64,000 bases of DNA from Vicinamibacteria bacterium (GCA_965246965.1 CBDFGD010000002.1:3701208-3765207), one strand, 5' to 3'; counted from the stretch's first letter, positions 9,112 through 19,354 are shown. Notes: generated from the sequence alone by a model not told the origin. Program-made: numbers and translations.

Positions 9112-10950
9112 TCAGCCACGCGCGAAGAAGGCGAGGATCGCGAAGTAGGCGACGATCCAGAACAGCGTCGCTCCGACGGGAAGCCGATCGTTGTCGGGGC
9201 TGTAGAGACCGTCCGGCGCGGCCGCGCGTAGCCAGGCCAGCGGATCTCGTAGTCGTCGCTCGACGGTCGCGGCCCACGACGAGGATGCGCGTTCGAGGGC
9301 GGCGCCGCCTCGCGCCGCGAGCTGGGTCAGTGCCACACCGAGCCGCCCACCGGGGCGCCTGTAGAACCAGTCGGTATCGAGGCTGATCGTCTTGGGACCG
9401 CCGAGGCTGTCCCGCAGCCACCAGAAGGCGAGTCCCGTTCCGGCCAGCAGGTGCAGCGATGCGAGGACGTGGCCAGACGTGTAGGGGTGATACCCGGCGC
9501 GGAACGGGAGCCACGCATACAGCAGGCCGGGCTGCACGCCGATCGCGAAGCAGAGCGTGGCGGCGATCGCCATCGCGGCCAGCATGTTGCGCGGAACCGG
9601 CTTGACCTCGGCGTCGCAGCGCTCGCCGAAGAAGACGAAGTAGGGCAGCTTGAGGCCGGTATGAAGGAATGTGCCTACACTGGCCACGAGCAGCAGCAGC
9701 TCGACTCCTTCGCGACCGGCGGCGGCGGCGGCCGACACGATCATCGACTTGCTGACGAAGCCGTTGAACAGGGGAAAGCCCGAGATAGACACGGCCCCGA
9801 CGCAATACAGCAGCAGCACCGCCCGCATTCGCGGGGCGAGCCCTCCCAGCTCCGTGAGGCGGTGGCGTCCGGTAGCGTGGATCACCGCTCCGGCGCCCAT
9901 GAAGAGCAGCCCCTTGTAGAGGATGTGGCAGAAGGCGTGCGCCGCGGCGCCATCGAGGCTCAGCGCCGTGCCGAGGCCCACGCCGGTGACCATGTAGCCG
10001 ACCTGGCTGACGATGTGGTACGCGAGCAGCCGGCGGATGTCGTTCTCGAGCACCGCGTAGACGACGCCGTACAAGGCCATCGCCACTCCGAGCCCAACGA
10101 GGACATCGGCGCCGGGGAAGACCCGGATCAGGACGTAGACAGACGTCTTCGTCGCGAACGCGCTCAAGAAGACGGACGCCGTCACCGAAGCGCGCGGGTA
10201 CGCGTCCGTCAGCCAGGCGTGGAGCGGCGGGATCGCCGCGTTGATCGCGACGCCGCCGAGGATCAGCCAGAACGCGACCGGATCCTGCTCGCGGCTGAGG
10301 GGCGAGACCTGCATGCCGGCTCCTTGCCCGACCGTTCGCATGATGCCGGCGAGCAGCAGCGCTCCGCCGCTCGCGTGCAGCATCAGATAGCGCAACCCCG
10401 CACCGCGCGCGTCGTCTTCCTGGCCGAGCCAGATGAGGACCGCCGAGGCGACGGTGATCAGCTCCCATCCTGCGAACAAGGTGATCCAGTCGCCCGCGAA
10501 AACGACCAGCAGCGACCCGGTCGCGGCGACCAACACGGCCACGTGCTCGCGGCGCCTTTCGACGTGCATCGCGTAGAGGGAGCCGATCACGGTGATCAGC
10601 GTGAAGACCAGACCGAAGAGCCAGCTCAGCCGATCGACGTAAAGAGGCGCCAGATCCCACGCGCCCAGGTGAAGCAAGGACGACTGACCCGGGGCGAGAT
10701 TCAGGACCATGGCGGCGCTCGTGAGCGCGCCTGTGAGCATGAGCGCGCCGCCGCCACGACCGCGGAGCGCGACGAGCAGGGCGCCCGTCGAGACGAGCGC
10801 GACAGCGGGATGGAGGCTCACGGTGACTCGTCGTCGTAGTAGCTCTCGGGCCGCTGCAGCCAGCGGCGTCCGAGCCACTTGGAGATCCAGACGATCGCCG
10901 CGCAGCCGACGAGGCCGAGGACCAGGTCGAAGCCCGGCAGACTGCGCCAA
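9112..10950 (-). CDS. Mrp-type antiporter subunit A/D-like (NuoL/M/N family proton-pumping subunit); true start uncertain
   Basis: Multi-TM ORF with the NuoL/MrpD pattern (WLTDAYPRASVTASVFLSAFATKTSVY..., HAFCHILYKGLLFMGAGAV); last gene of the Mrp-like cluster. Confidence 0.7.
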   Translation of the reverse strand: MAQSAGLRPGPRPRRLRGDRLDLQVARTPLAAAARELLRRRVTVSLHPAVALVSTGALLVALRGRGGGALMLTGALTSAAMVLNLAPGQSSLLHLGAWDLAPLYVDRLSWLFGLVFTLITVIGSLYAMHVERRREHVAVLVAATGSLLVVFAGDWITLFAGWELITVASAVLIWLGQEDDARGAGLRYLMLHASGGALLLAGIMRTVGQGAGMQVSPLSREQDPVAFWLILGGVAINAAIPPLHAWLTDAYPRASVTASVFLSAFATKTSVYVLIRVFPGADVLVGLGVAMALYGVVYAVLENDIRRLLAYHIVSQVGYMVTGVGLGTALSLDGAAAHAFCHILYKGLLFMGAGAVIHATGRHRLTELGGLAPRMRAVLLLYCVGAVSISGFPLFNGFVSKSMIVSAAAAAGREGVELLLLVASVGTFLHTGLKLPYFVFFGERCDAEVKPVPRNMLAAMAIAATLCFAIGVQPGLLYAWLPFRAGYHPYTSGHVLASLHLLAGTGLAFWWLRDSLGGPKTISLDTDWFYRRPGGRLGVALTQLAARGGAALERASSSWAATVERRLRDPLAWLRAAAPDGLYSPDNDRLPVGATLFWIVAYFAILAFFARG

Positions 10951-11023
10951 CCTCCGGTCTCGGCGGCCGAAGCGGCGCGCGCGAGGAGTGCGGCGGGGAG
11001 GGTGATTGCCGCTACGGTCCTGC

Positions 11024-12529
11024 TCATGGTCCGACGGCCCAGCGAACCGGCGCGATCACGACGTCTTCGGCGGCGATCGTTGCGAGCTGGTACAGATCGA
11101 ACAGGGCGTCGGGGTAGATGCCCAGCACGACGCTCGCTCCCGCGGTCGCCGCGATCGGGAGCCAGAGTCGCTTATCCCGTGGCTCGAGGGGCTGGGTCGG
11201 CACGTACTCGTCGAAGAAGCCGGTCCGCACGATCGGGATGAGATAGGCCAGATTCAGCACGCCGCTCAGGACGAGCAGCGGGACGAACAGCGCCCGACCT
11301 GCTTCGACGGCGCCCAGGCCGAGGCTCCACTTACTGACGAAGCCGACAAAGAGCGGCACGCCGGCCAACCCCAGAGCAGCGACGCCGAAGGCCGCGAAGG
11401 TGATGGGCATGTGTCGCCCCAACCCCGCGAGGCCGCTGATGAAGCCGCGCCCCGATGTCCGCTGGATCGCCCCCGCGCAGAAGAACAGCGTGATCTTCAT
11501 GAAGGCGTGGGCGGCGATGTGGAAGAAGGCGCCGAGCAGCGCCAGAAACGAGCCCAGAGCAGCGCCGAGCAGGATGTACGAGAGCTGGCCGATGGTCGAG
11601 TAGGCGAGGCGTCGCTTGAGGTGGTCCTCGCCGAAGGCCCGCAGCGACGCCAACAGGATCGTCGTTCCGGCGAGCGCCGCCAGCGCCACGTCGAGACCCA
11701 ACCCACGCATCAGATCGACGCCGAATACGAAACCCACCACGCGCAGACAGCCGAACACGCCGGCCTTGACGACCGCCACCGCGTGCAGCAGCGCGCTCAC
11801 CGGCGTAGGCGCCACCATTGCGGCCGGCAGCCAGCCGTGGAGGGGCATCAGCGCTGCCTTGACCCCCAAGCCCCCGATGAAGAGCGCGAACAGCGCGACG
11901 CCAGTGAGGTCCGAAACGGCACCGTCGAGAAAGCCGCCTCCGCGAAAGCCCTCGCCGGGAAGGATCCAGGATGTCCAGACCACCGCCACCAGCAACAGCT
12001 GCCCGCCGGTCAACGTGTAGAGCAGATACTTTCTCCCGGCGGCCACCGCCTCCTCGGTCCGGTTGAAGACGACCAGCGGGTAGGTGGCGAGCGTCAACAG
12101 CTCGTAGAAGACGAAGAAAGTCGGCAGGTTCGCTGCGAACGCCACGCCGATCGTCGCGCCCAGGCAAAGAGCGAAGCTGGCGAAGTAGCGCGGCTTTCGC
12201 GCCTCGTCCTCGACCTGGATGTAGCCGAGCGAGTAGACGGAGGTCAAGAGCCAGAGCGTCGAGGCGACGAGGGCAAAGAGCAACCCGAGCGCGTCGACGC
12301 GCAGCTGCAGGTCGTGACCCGGAAAGAGCGGCCAGGCGGGAGACGCCACTGTCCCACCGGCCCGGACGACGGGGAGCAGCGAGACGACGACGCCCAGCTT
12401 GACCACGGCGGCGACCAGCGTCCACAGCATCGCGAGCCCCGCCAGGCGCCGCGTCGCGAGGATGAGCACGGCGGCGATCAGCGAAACGGTGACGGCGATC
12501 ACGGGTCGCCAGGAGACCAGCTCGATCAC
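11024..12529 (-). CDS. Mrp antiporter subunit D-like (NuoM/N family), second paralog
   Basis: WLPAAMVAPTPVSALLHAVAVVKAGVFG and HIAAHAFMKITLFFCAGAI motifs; 501 aa; overlaps neighbour by 4 bp. Confidence 0.8.
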   Translation of the reverse strand: MIELVSWRPVIAVTVSLIAAVLILATRRLAGLAMLWTLVAAVVKLGVVVSLLPVVRAGGTVASPAWPLFPGHDLQLRVDALGLLFALVASTLWLLTSVYSLGYIQVEDEARKPRYFASFALCLGATIGVAFAANLPTFFVFYELLTLATYPLVVFNRTEEAVAAGRKYLLYTLTGGQLLLVAVVWTSWILPGEGFRGGGFLDGAVSDLTGVALFALFIGGLGVKAALMPLHGWLPAAMVAPTPVSALLHAVAVVKAGVFGCLRVVGFVFGVDLMRGLGLDVALAALAGTTILLASLRAFGEDHLKRRLAYSTIGQLSYILLGAALGSFLALLGAFFHIAAHAFMKITLFFCAGAIQRTSGRGFISGLAGLGRHMPITFAAFGVAALGLAGVPLFVGFVSKWSLGLGAVEAGRALFVPLLVLSGVLNLAYLIPIVRTGFFDEYVPTQPLEPRDKRLWLPIAATAGASVVLGIYPDALFDLYQLATIAAEDVVIAPVRWAVGP

Positions 12530-13983
12530 TGCAGGCCCGCAGGCAGCGCCGCGCGGATCACGTGCGCCACGATCGGCTGATTGAACAGGCCGACGAGCGC
12601 GATGCCCGCGGCGAGCGTCGCGATCGGGGCGAGCATCGCGGCGGGCAGCTCCGCGGCGGACGCCCCCTCCGGCGCGGGACGCAGATAGACGCGCTCGAGC
12701 AGGCGGAAGCAGTAGCCTGCCGTGAGCAGCGAGCTCACCACGAGCGCGAAGACGGCGACGCCGTCACCCGCCTCGATCGCACCGATCAGGAGGTAGTACT
12801 TACTGAAGAAGCCCGCCGTCGGGGGCAGGCCGATCAGCGACAGCGTCGCGACGACGAAGGCCGCGCTGGTGGCGGGCATGCGACGGGACAGGCCGGAGAA
12901 ACGATCGAGTCGCACCTCGTGGCGCGAGCCGGCGACGCCGCCCGCGATCAGGAACAGACAGGATTTCATCAGCCCGTGGTGGAGGACGTGCAGCAGCGCG
13001 CCGGTCAGCCCGGCGGCGTTGCCGAGCGCCACGCCGAGCAGAATCGCGCCCATCTGCGCGACGCTCGAGTAGGCCAGCATGCGCCGCACCTCCCGTTGCG
13101 CGATCGCCAGGGCGGAACCCGCGAGGATGGCGACGCAGGCCGCCCAGCTCAGCAGAGGCAGCGCGTGGGCGGCGGGTCCGGCGGCGTCGAACACCCCGTA
13201 CAGGATGCGGATCAAGGCGAAGACGCTGACCTTGGCCATGACCCCCGACGTGAACGCCGCGACGGGCGTCGAGGCGTAGCTGTAGACGTCCGGCAGCCAG
13301 CCATGCAGCGGGAACAGCGCCGCCTTCACCGACAGGCCGACCGTGATGAGCCCCAGCGCCACGGCTAGCGCGGACGTCGCGCCGCTCGCGGGGAGGCGAG
13401 CGGCGACGTCGGCCATGTTCAGCGAGCCGGTCAGCGCGTACAGGTAGCCGACGCCGAGGAGATAGAGGCTGCCGGCCACGGTGCCGACGAGCAGGTAGCG
13501 GAAGCCGGCGACGGCGGCCCTGTCTCCGCCCGAAGCGGTGAGCGCGTACGCCGCCAGGCCGGAAATCTCGAGAAAGACGTAGAGGTTGAACAGGTCGCCG
13601 GTGAGGGTCATGCCGACGAGGCCGCCGACGAGCAGCAGGTAAAGCGAGGCGAACGCCCCTGCCGAGATCCCCGCTCGCGCCGCGTCGCGGCCGGAGTAGA
13701 TCCACACGAGCAGAGCGATCAGCTGTAAGAGCGCCGCGAGGGCGGCCGCCACCGGGCCGGCGATCAGCTCGATGCCCCAGGGCGGCGGCCAGCCTCCGAC
13801 GAAGTGGCGCACGCTGCCCAGCTTCAACGTCTCGCCCAGCAGGCCGCAGCACGTAACGAGGCCGGCGACCAGGCTCCAGAGCGTGACGAGACGTACCGCC
13901 CGCGCGGAGCGCAGTCCGACCAACGGAGCGGCGAGCGCGCCGATCAGCGGGACGACGATCGCGAGCGGGAGCGCGCTCGTCAA
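12526..13983 (-). CDS. Mrp antiporter subunit D-like (NuoM/N family), first paralog
   Basis: WLPDVYSYASTPVAAFTSGVMAKVSVF and HVLHHGLMKSCLFLIAGGV motifs; 485 aa. Confidence 0.8.
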   Translation of the reverse strand: MTSALPLAIVVPLIGALAAPLVGLRSARAVRLVTLWSLVAGLVTCCGLLGETLKLGSVRHFVGGWPPPWGIELIAGPVAAALAALLQLIALLVWIYSGRDAARAGISAGAFASLYLLLVGGLVGMTLTGDLFNLYVFLEISGLAAYALTASGGDRAAVAGFRYLLVGTVAGSLYLLGVGYLYALTGSLNMADVAARLPASGATSALAVALGLITVGLSVKAALFPLHGWLPDVYSYASTPVAAFTSGVMAKVSVFALIRILYGVFDAAGPAAHALPLLSWAACVAILAGSALAIAQREVRRMLAYSSVAQMGAILLGVALGNAAGLTGALLHVLHHGLMKSCLFLIAGGVAGSRHEVRLDRFSGLSRRMPATSAAFVVATLSLIGLPPTAGFFSKYYLLIGAIEAGDGVAVFALVVSSLLTAGYCFRLLERVYLRPAPEGASAAELPAAMLAPIATLAAGIALVGLFNQPIVAHVIRAALPAGLQ

Positions 13984-14345
13984 CGTTCGCGCATTCGTTG
14001 CAGAAGCTCGTGCTCATCGAGAGTGCCGTAGCGCCGCGAGATGCGGATCAGCAGTGCCAGAGCCACGCCCGTCGTGCTGACCGCGACGACGATCGCCGTC
14101 AGCATCAGCGTGTGAGGGAGCGGGTTCGCGTAGTCACTCGCGCGCAACAATGACTCGCCGTGCGCGGCCACGGGCGGCGCGGCCTGAGTTTTGTGGCCCA
14201 GGAGTATGAAGAAGACGATCACGCCGACCTGGAGGATGTTGAGCGCCATCAGCTTGCGGAGCAGGTTGGGCGTCTGCACCAACCCGAGCAGACCCAGCGC
14301 TACCAGCGTGACGGTAGCCAGGTAGGCGGCGTCCGAGGCGCTCAT
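13980..14345 (-). CDS. Mrp antiporter subunit C (NuoK-like)
   Basis: 121-aa 3-TM protein, LMALNILQVGVIVFFILLG pattern; operon position between B and D. Confidence 0.8.
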   Translation of the reverse strand: MSASDAAYLATVTLVALGLLGLVQTPNLLRKLMALNILQVGVIVFFILLGHKTQAAPPVAAHGESLLRASDYANPLPHTLMLTAIVVAVSTTGVALALLIRISRRYGTLDEHELLQRMRER

Positions 14346-15073
14346 GCGGCCGCGTCGTCGTCCGAAACGGGGGCGAGGCAGTAGAAGATCAGGGACAGCA
14401 CGCCGGTGACGGCAATGAACACGCTGGCCTCGATGACCAGGGTCGAGAGCGCTCGCTTGGCCGCTCCCGCGGCCGGCAGTGGCAACGCCGAGTAGTCGAG
14501 GTAGCTGCCGCCGAATGCGAGCGCGGCCGCGCCGATCCCGGCGTACAAGAGAGCGCCGCCGCAGGCGAGCGCGACGGCCGCCTCGGGCCTCAGTCCCCAG
14601 GCGACGTCCCGGCCGTGGACCAGACGGACGAGGATCAAGGCGCCAGCCAACACCGCGCCGCCCTGAAAGCCACCCCCGGGGCTGTCGTGTCCGTGGGCGA
14701 GGACGTAGGCGGCGAAGAGCATCAGAAACGGCGTGAGCAATCGCACGGCGGCGTCCAGCACCGGGCTGCCGAAGGCCGCCGGCGCCGGCCGTCGCTCCGC
14801 GGTCGCGTGGCCGCCGAGGAGCAGCAGCATGCAGGCGATTCCGGCGGCGAAGACGACGAGCGTCTCCCCGAGCGTGTCGAAGCCGCGATAGTCGGCGAGC
14901 ACGGCGGTCACCATGTTGTCGGCGCCGGTCTCCGCCCGAGCCCTCTCGATGTAGCGCGGGGAAACGTGGCGGGACGCGGGCGAGTCCGGATCACCGAGCG
15001 ACGGTAGGTCGCGGGCCGCCCAGAACAGCAGCGCCGCCGCCGGCAGCGCTGCCAGCCAGGCCGCCCGCCTCAC
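14342..15073 (-). CDS. Mrp antiporter subunit B (MnhB-like)
   Basis: Contains the MnhB signature ...ETGADNMVTAVLADYRGFDTLGE.... Candidate GTG start at 15073 overlaps the stop of the upstream DUF4040 ORF (GTGA). Confidence 0.65.
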   Translation of the reverse strand: MRRAAWLAALPAAALLFWAARDLPSLGDPDSPASRHVSPRYIERARAETGADNMVTAVLADYRGFDTLGETLVVFAAGIACMLLLLGGHATAERRPAPAAFGSPVLDAAVRLLTPFLMLFAAYVLAHGHDSPGGGFQGGAVLAGALILVRLVHGRDVAWGLRPEAAVALACGGALLYAGIGAAALAFGGSYLDYSALPLPAAGAAKRALSTLVIEASVFIAVTGVLSLIFYCLAPVSDDDAAA

Positions 15074-15333
15074 CGGCGAGCCCTCCGACCGGTGCGGTCG
15101 ATGGCGACGACGAAGAAGACCGTCGTGATGGCGCCACCGATGACGGCCTCCGTGAGGGCGACGTCTACGGCGCCGAGCACGGCAAAGAACAGCGCCGAGA
15201 AGAAGCTGAACGCGCTGAAGACGAGGACCGCCGCGAACAGGTCGCGGACGAGCAGCACGGCGACGGCGCATGCGAGCATGCACACGAGAAACAGCGCGGC
15301 GAGGGGCTCCGTCACTCGGGACTCCGACGCCAC
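15070..15333 (-). CDS. DUF4040-like small membrane protein (MnhB N-terminal / MbhD-like)
   Basis: 87-aa 3-TM ORF ...AVDVALTEAVIGGAITTVFF... typical of the MrpA-C-terminal/MrpB-N-terminal domain. May be fused to the downstream mrpB if a frameshift is present. Confidence 0.55.
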   Translation of the reverse strand: MASESRVTEPLAALFLVCMLACAVAVLLVRDLFAAVLVFSAFSFFSALFFAVLGAVDVALTEAVIGGAITTVFFVVAIDRTGRRARR

Positions 15334-15611
15334 GGCTTCAGGCCGGCTCGATACGCCGCGCGGCCCAGCGCGTGTGTCGCCGTGGGGTTGGCGAGCGCGA
15401 CGAAGAGCAGGATCAACAGGATCTTGCCGCTCTCGAGCACGAAGCCTTCGAGCGCGGCGATTCCGAGCGCGACGAGGGCCATGCCGAGGGTGTCGTTCTT
15501 GCCGAGCACGTGAAGGCGCGTGTAGAAATCGGGGAGGCGGATGACGCCGACGGCGCCCGTGAGGAGAATCAGGGTGCCGGCCGCCAGCAGCGGGAGGGCG
15601 ACCACGCTCAT
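15312..15611 (-). CDS. Mrp antiporter subunit G
   Basis: 99 aa, LLTGAVGVIRLPDFYTRLHVLGKNDTLG motif of MnhG. Confidence 0.75.
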   Translation of the reverse strand: MSVVALPLLAAGTLILLTGAVGVIRLPDFYTRLHVLGKNDTLGMALVALGIAALEGFVLESGKILLILLFVALANPTATHALGRAAYRAGLKPWRRSPE

Positions 15612-15877
15612 TCGGCCGCCTTGCGGATCTCGACGTAGCGCGCCAGCGCCAGCGTTCCGATGAAAGCGATCATCGCGTAGGCGAGCGCGATGTCGAGGTA
15701 GACGTCGAGGCGATCGCTCAACTCTCCGACCAGCAGCAGCAATACGATCGTCTTGGTGAGCATGACACCGAGGCCGCTGAGTCGATCCCAGATCGTTGGG
15801 CCACGCAGCACCCGGTACAGCGCCGCGAGCAGTCCGAGCAGGATCGCGCCGCCCGCGGCTTGAAGGGCGTACGTCAT
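15608..15877 (-). CDS. Mrp antiporter subunit F
   Basis: 89 aa, YRVLRGPTIWDRLSGLGVM pattern of MnhF. Confidence 0.75.
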   Translation of the reverse strand: MTYALQAAGGAILLGLLAALYRVLRGPTIWDRLSGLGVMLTKTIVLLLLVGELSDRLDVYLDIALAYAMIAFIGTLALARYVEIRKAAE

Positions 15878-16425
15878 TTCGTTTCGGGGGGCGCCTCGAA
15901 CAGCGCTGCGACTCTCGTGACCAGGGGGTCGGAGGCGTCGATCCGATCCCCTCGCGTCAGCGCGTGGACGACGTACTCGTCGCCCTCGACGTCGAGGGTC
16001 ACCGTGCCGGGAGTCAGCGTTATCGAGTTGGCCAGCGTGAGCCTGGCGAGATTGTGAGGCAGCGGGCGGGTGACGCGAACGACGTCAGGATCGATAGGCA
16101 GGGACGGGTGAATCACCACGTAAGCGACCTGCAGGCTCGCCTGGACGATGCGCACGATCAGCCACGGTATGTAGCCGAGCAGGCGCATCCAGGGGTGGCC
16201 CGCGAGCGGGTGCTCGCCGGGGTTTCCGATCGGGGGTGCGAGCAGCAGCAGCGGCTGCGTCGCCACCGCGATCCCGAGGGCGCTCAGGATGCCCAGGCCG
16301 AGATGGAATGGATCGGCCCGGCCCGAAAGGAGCAGCCAGAAGAAGAGCAGAACGCCCGCGAGCGGGAGTACGTGCCGACCGAAACGGCGTGGGATCCGGC
16401 TCGGGGCCGGCTGGCGCTGGCTCAC
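15874..16425 (-). CDS. Mrp antiporter subunit E
   Basis: 183 aa, two N-terminal TM helices and soluble C-domain resembling MnhE; first gene of the cluster. Confidence 0.65.
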   Translation of the reverse strand: MSQRQPAPSRIPRRFGRHVLPLAGVLLFFWLLLSGRADPFHLGLGILSALGIAVATQPLLLLAPPIGNPGEHPLAGHPWMRLLGYIPWLIVRIVQASLQVAYVVIHPSLPIDPDVVRVTRPLPHNLARLTLANSITLTPGTVTLDVEGDEYVVHALTRGDRIDASDPLVTRVAALFEAPPETK

Positions 16426-16462
16426 TCGCCCGAAAACTCTACCCGAAACGTCTGAGGTGCGC

Positions 16463-17200
16463 TCAGCCGACCCACAGCAGTACCGCGAACACGATCACGG
16501 CCAGGTTGACCACGACCCGCAGCCAGCGATGGCCTTTGAGGATCGTCATCCGGACGCCGAACTCGCTCCCGACCATGCTGCCCACGGCGAGGCAGAGTCC
16601 CGGTCCCCACTCGACCATTCCCTGCCAGACGAAGATCGCGAGGGAGAGCGGGGTGAAGACCAGGATGCAGGCGAACTTGAGGGCGTTGCCACGGACCAGG
16701 TCGACGCCCGCCAGCGTCGTGACGGAGAGGATCAGAAAGCCCACGCCCGCCTGCACGAAGCCACCGTAGATTCCGACGACGAAGAAGCCGCCCGAGACGA
16801 GCAGGGAGGTCGGCGGGGCAGGCGTCTCGCGCGGCTGCCAGGGAACGACCAGCGTGAGCAGCGTGAGCACGACCATGAGCATGGCGAGCAGCCGCCTGAA
16901 GTCGGGGTCTTCCACGAGCAGCGCCAGTCCCGTTCCGAGCACGGCTCCGAGGACGGCGGCGGGCGCCGTCGCACTGGCCCAGCGTCGGTCGAGGACGCCC
17001 CGCTGATCGAACGCGTGCGCTCCCCAGAGGCTCTGAGCGAGGATCCCGACCCGATTGGTGGCGTTCGCGACGGTGGGGGGAAGGCCCATCCAGATCAGGA
17101 CGGGGAGTGTCAGAAACGATCCGCCCCCCGCCACGACGTTGATCGCTGCGGCGACGGCCCCGGCGACCGCGAGCGCGACGTAGGAGAGGGCTTCGTCCAT
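16463..17200 (-). CDS. TauE/SafE family sulfite/anion exporter (DUF81)
   Basis: 245-aa, 7-8 TM; internally duplicated GxxxG-rich halves typical of DUF81. Confidence 0.75.
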   Translation of the reverse strand: MDEALSYVALAVAGAVAAAINVVAGGGSFLTLPVLIWMGLPPTVANATNRVGILAQSLWGAHAFDQRGVLDRRWASATAPAAVLGAVLGTGLALLVEDPDFRRLLAMLMVVLTLLTLVVPWQPRETPAPPTSLLVSGGFFVVGIYGGFVQAGVGFLILSVTTLAGVDLVRGNALKFACILVFTPLSLAIFVWQGMVEWGPGLCLAVGSMVGSEFGVRMTILKGHRWLRVVVNLAVIVFAVLLWVG

Positions 17201-17252
17201 GCGATAACCTACCTCGCTCTGACGTCACGGATCGGGCGATCTCGGAGGTGCG

Positions 17253-18365
17253 ATGGACTGGCTGAATCAATGGCTCCCGTTCGAGGGACAGGTCGTGTGG
17301 CTCGGGGACGTCGTGGTTCTCCTCGTTGCCGGGGTCGTCGTGGATTTTCTCCAGCGACGGCTGCTCTCGCGGCTCGCCGTCAAAGCGCAGCGCACGGTGA
17401 ACTTCTGGGATGATGCGCTGATTGGGGCGCTGCGCGCGCCCCTGAGCCTGCTCGTCTGGGTCGTCGTCACCACGCTGTCACTCCAGATTGCCAATCAGGG
17501 AGCCCCGGAGGGCTTCGCCCGCTTCGTTCCCGAGGTTCGTGAGATCGGGGTGCTCGTCGCGGTCACGTGGATCATGATCCGATGGATCAGCAACGTTCAC
17601 GCCTCGCTGCTGGATCGTCCGCGGCTCGCGGGCCGCGATCTTGACAAGACGACCATCGACGCGCTGAGTCGACTCGCCAACCTTGCGATCGCGGTGGTCG
17701 CGACGATCACCGTGTTGCAGACTATGGGCTTCGATCTGAGCGCGGTGCTCGCCGTCGGTGGCATCGGTGGTGTGGCCGTCGGCTTCGCGAGCCGAGACGT
17801 CGTGGCCAACTTCTTCGGTGGCCTGATGATCTTCGCGATGCAGCCCTTCAACGAGGGCGACTGGATCCGCTCGCCGGACCGAGAGATCGAGGGGACGGTC
17901 GAGCAGGTCGGCTGGTACTCGACGATCATTCGGACCTTTGACAGTCGTCCTCTCTACGTGCCGAACGCGATCTTCACGGGCATCTCTCTCGAGAACCCGT
18001 CGCGGATGAAGAACCGGCGCATCTACGAGACGTTCGGGCTCAGCTACGACGACTTCGCACAGGTCGAGCCGATCGTCGCCGCCGTCGAGAAGATGCTGCG
18101 AGAGCACCCGGAGATCGAGGCCGAACGGCAGACTCTGATGGTCAACCTCAACCAGTTCTCGCCGTCGACGCTCGATTTCTTCATCTACGTCTTCACGAAG
18201 ACCAGGAGCTGGACCGAGTTTCACGCGGTCAAGCAGGACGTGCTTCGCCGCATCGGCGAGATCGTGGCGGAACATGGCGCCGAGTTGGCGTTCCCGACGC
18301 AGACGATCCTGCTGCCGGAGTCCATGATCGAAGCTCGCGCGAGCCGCCGTACGGGCGAGTCCTAG
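17253..18365 (+). CDS. Mechanosensitive ion channel family protein (MscS-like)
   Basis: SD GGAGG before the ATG; conserved MscS core ...VGGIGGVAVGFASRDVVANFFGGLMIFAMQPFNEGDWI... Confidence 0.85.
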   Translation: MDWLNQWLPFEGQVVWLGDVVVLLVAGVVVDFLQRRLLSRLAVKAQRTVNFWDDALIGALRAPLSLLVWVVVTTLSLQIANQGAPEGFARFVPEVREIGVLVAVTWIMIRWISNVHASLLDRPRLAGRDLDKTTIDALSRLANLAIAVVATITVLQTMGFDLSAVLAVGGIGGVAVGFASRDVVANFFGGLMIFAMQPFNEGDWIRSPDREIEGTVEQVGWYSTIIRTFDSRPLYVPNAIFTGISLENPSRMKNRRIYETFGLSYDDFAQVEPIVAAVEKMLREHPEIEAERQTLMVNLNQFSPSTLDFFIYVFTKTRSWTEFHAVKQDVLRRIGEIVAEHGAELAFPTQTILLPESMIEARASRRTGES

Positions 18366-18414
18366 TCGCTCGCTGCGAAGACCGGCTGCACGCGGTCCGG
18401 CGTGCCGCGCTCCG

Positions 18415-19354
18415 TCAGCTGAGTGCGATGCCGAGGAGCGCCAGAAGCGCCACGACGGCCGCGGCTCCGCGCGAGAGGCACCCTCCAGCCGGCTTCTTCT
18501 CCTCCTCGACCTGCTTCCGCCGCGCCGCGATCAGCGCGGAGCGCAAGTCGGCCAGCAAATCCGCGCGGATCGGGTCATCCGGAGCGTCGGGCAGGAAAAT
18601 GCCAGCCTCGCGCATCGATTGGTAGCGCTGCTTGGGGTCGAGCTTCAGGCTTTGTCCGAGAATGCGCAGGAGGATCGCTGCAGTCTCCTGGCTGACGTTG
18701 AAGTCCGCGGCTGGGAATTCCGGTGCCGGCCCCTGGAGGATCGCGCTCATCACCGCCATGCCGTCCTTGCCAGTGAAGGGTGGCTTGCCGGTGAGCATTG
18801 CGTAGAACATCCCGCCGAAGCTGAAGATGTCGCTGCGGATGTCGACGGACGTGCCACCCACCTGCTCCGGAGCCAGAGCCTCTGACACCTTGACGGTATC
18901 CTGGAGCGCGTGGACGCCGAAGTCGATGACCTTCGTCAGGCGGCCCTTGCTGAGAATCACGTTGGCGGGTTTGAGATCGCGATGAATCAACCCCTTGTCG
19001 TGGCTGCGTGCGAGCGCCTCGGCGACGTCCCTGGCGATCTCGAGCGCACGCTCGGGAGGAATCGGGCCAGCGGCCATGAGATCGACGAGGCGCTCGCCCT
19101 CGACCAGCTCGATCGTGACGAACTCGCGATCGCCGTCGGCTTGTACCGCGCTGACGTGGGCGATGTTGCGGTGCTCGAGCGTGGAAGCGATGCGCGCCTC
19201 GGACACGAGGCGCCGGCAGCAAGGCGAGCACAATGTCGCGCCCCCCTCGCTTGTCGCGAGCCCGGGGAAAGCGACCCAGTCCGCCGTACCCGATCTCGCC
19301 GCCGACTTCGTAGTGTGAGAGTGTGTCGCCAGGCATCTGGTTGATCGGTCGCAT
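18415..19354 (-). pseudogene. Hanks-type Ser/Thr protein kinase with C-terminal TM anchor; frameshifted and locally degraded
   Basis: N-terminus YEVGGEIGYGGLG in one frame; catalytic core HRDLKPANVIL, DFG and APEQ in another. The region between the VAxK and alphaC-Glu motifs is shortened, with a shift around 19180-19260. Confidence 0.55.

Noticed and set aside
6459-14017. Very long ORFs on the opposite strand or in alternate frames over the aminotransferase/Mrp region (e.g. 6459-9386 +, 8984-10660 -, 9451-10839 +, 11006-12580 +, 11331-12425 -, 12562-13368 +, 12800-14017 -)
   Set aside because: Arg/Pro/Gly-rich translations with no domain signatures. They are typical stop-poor alternate frames of high-GC DNA and overlap well-supported membrane-protein genes.
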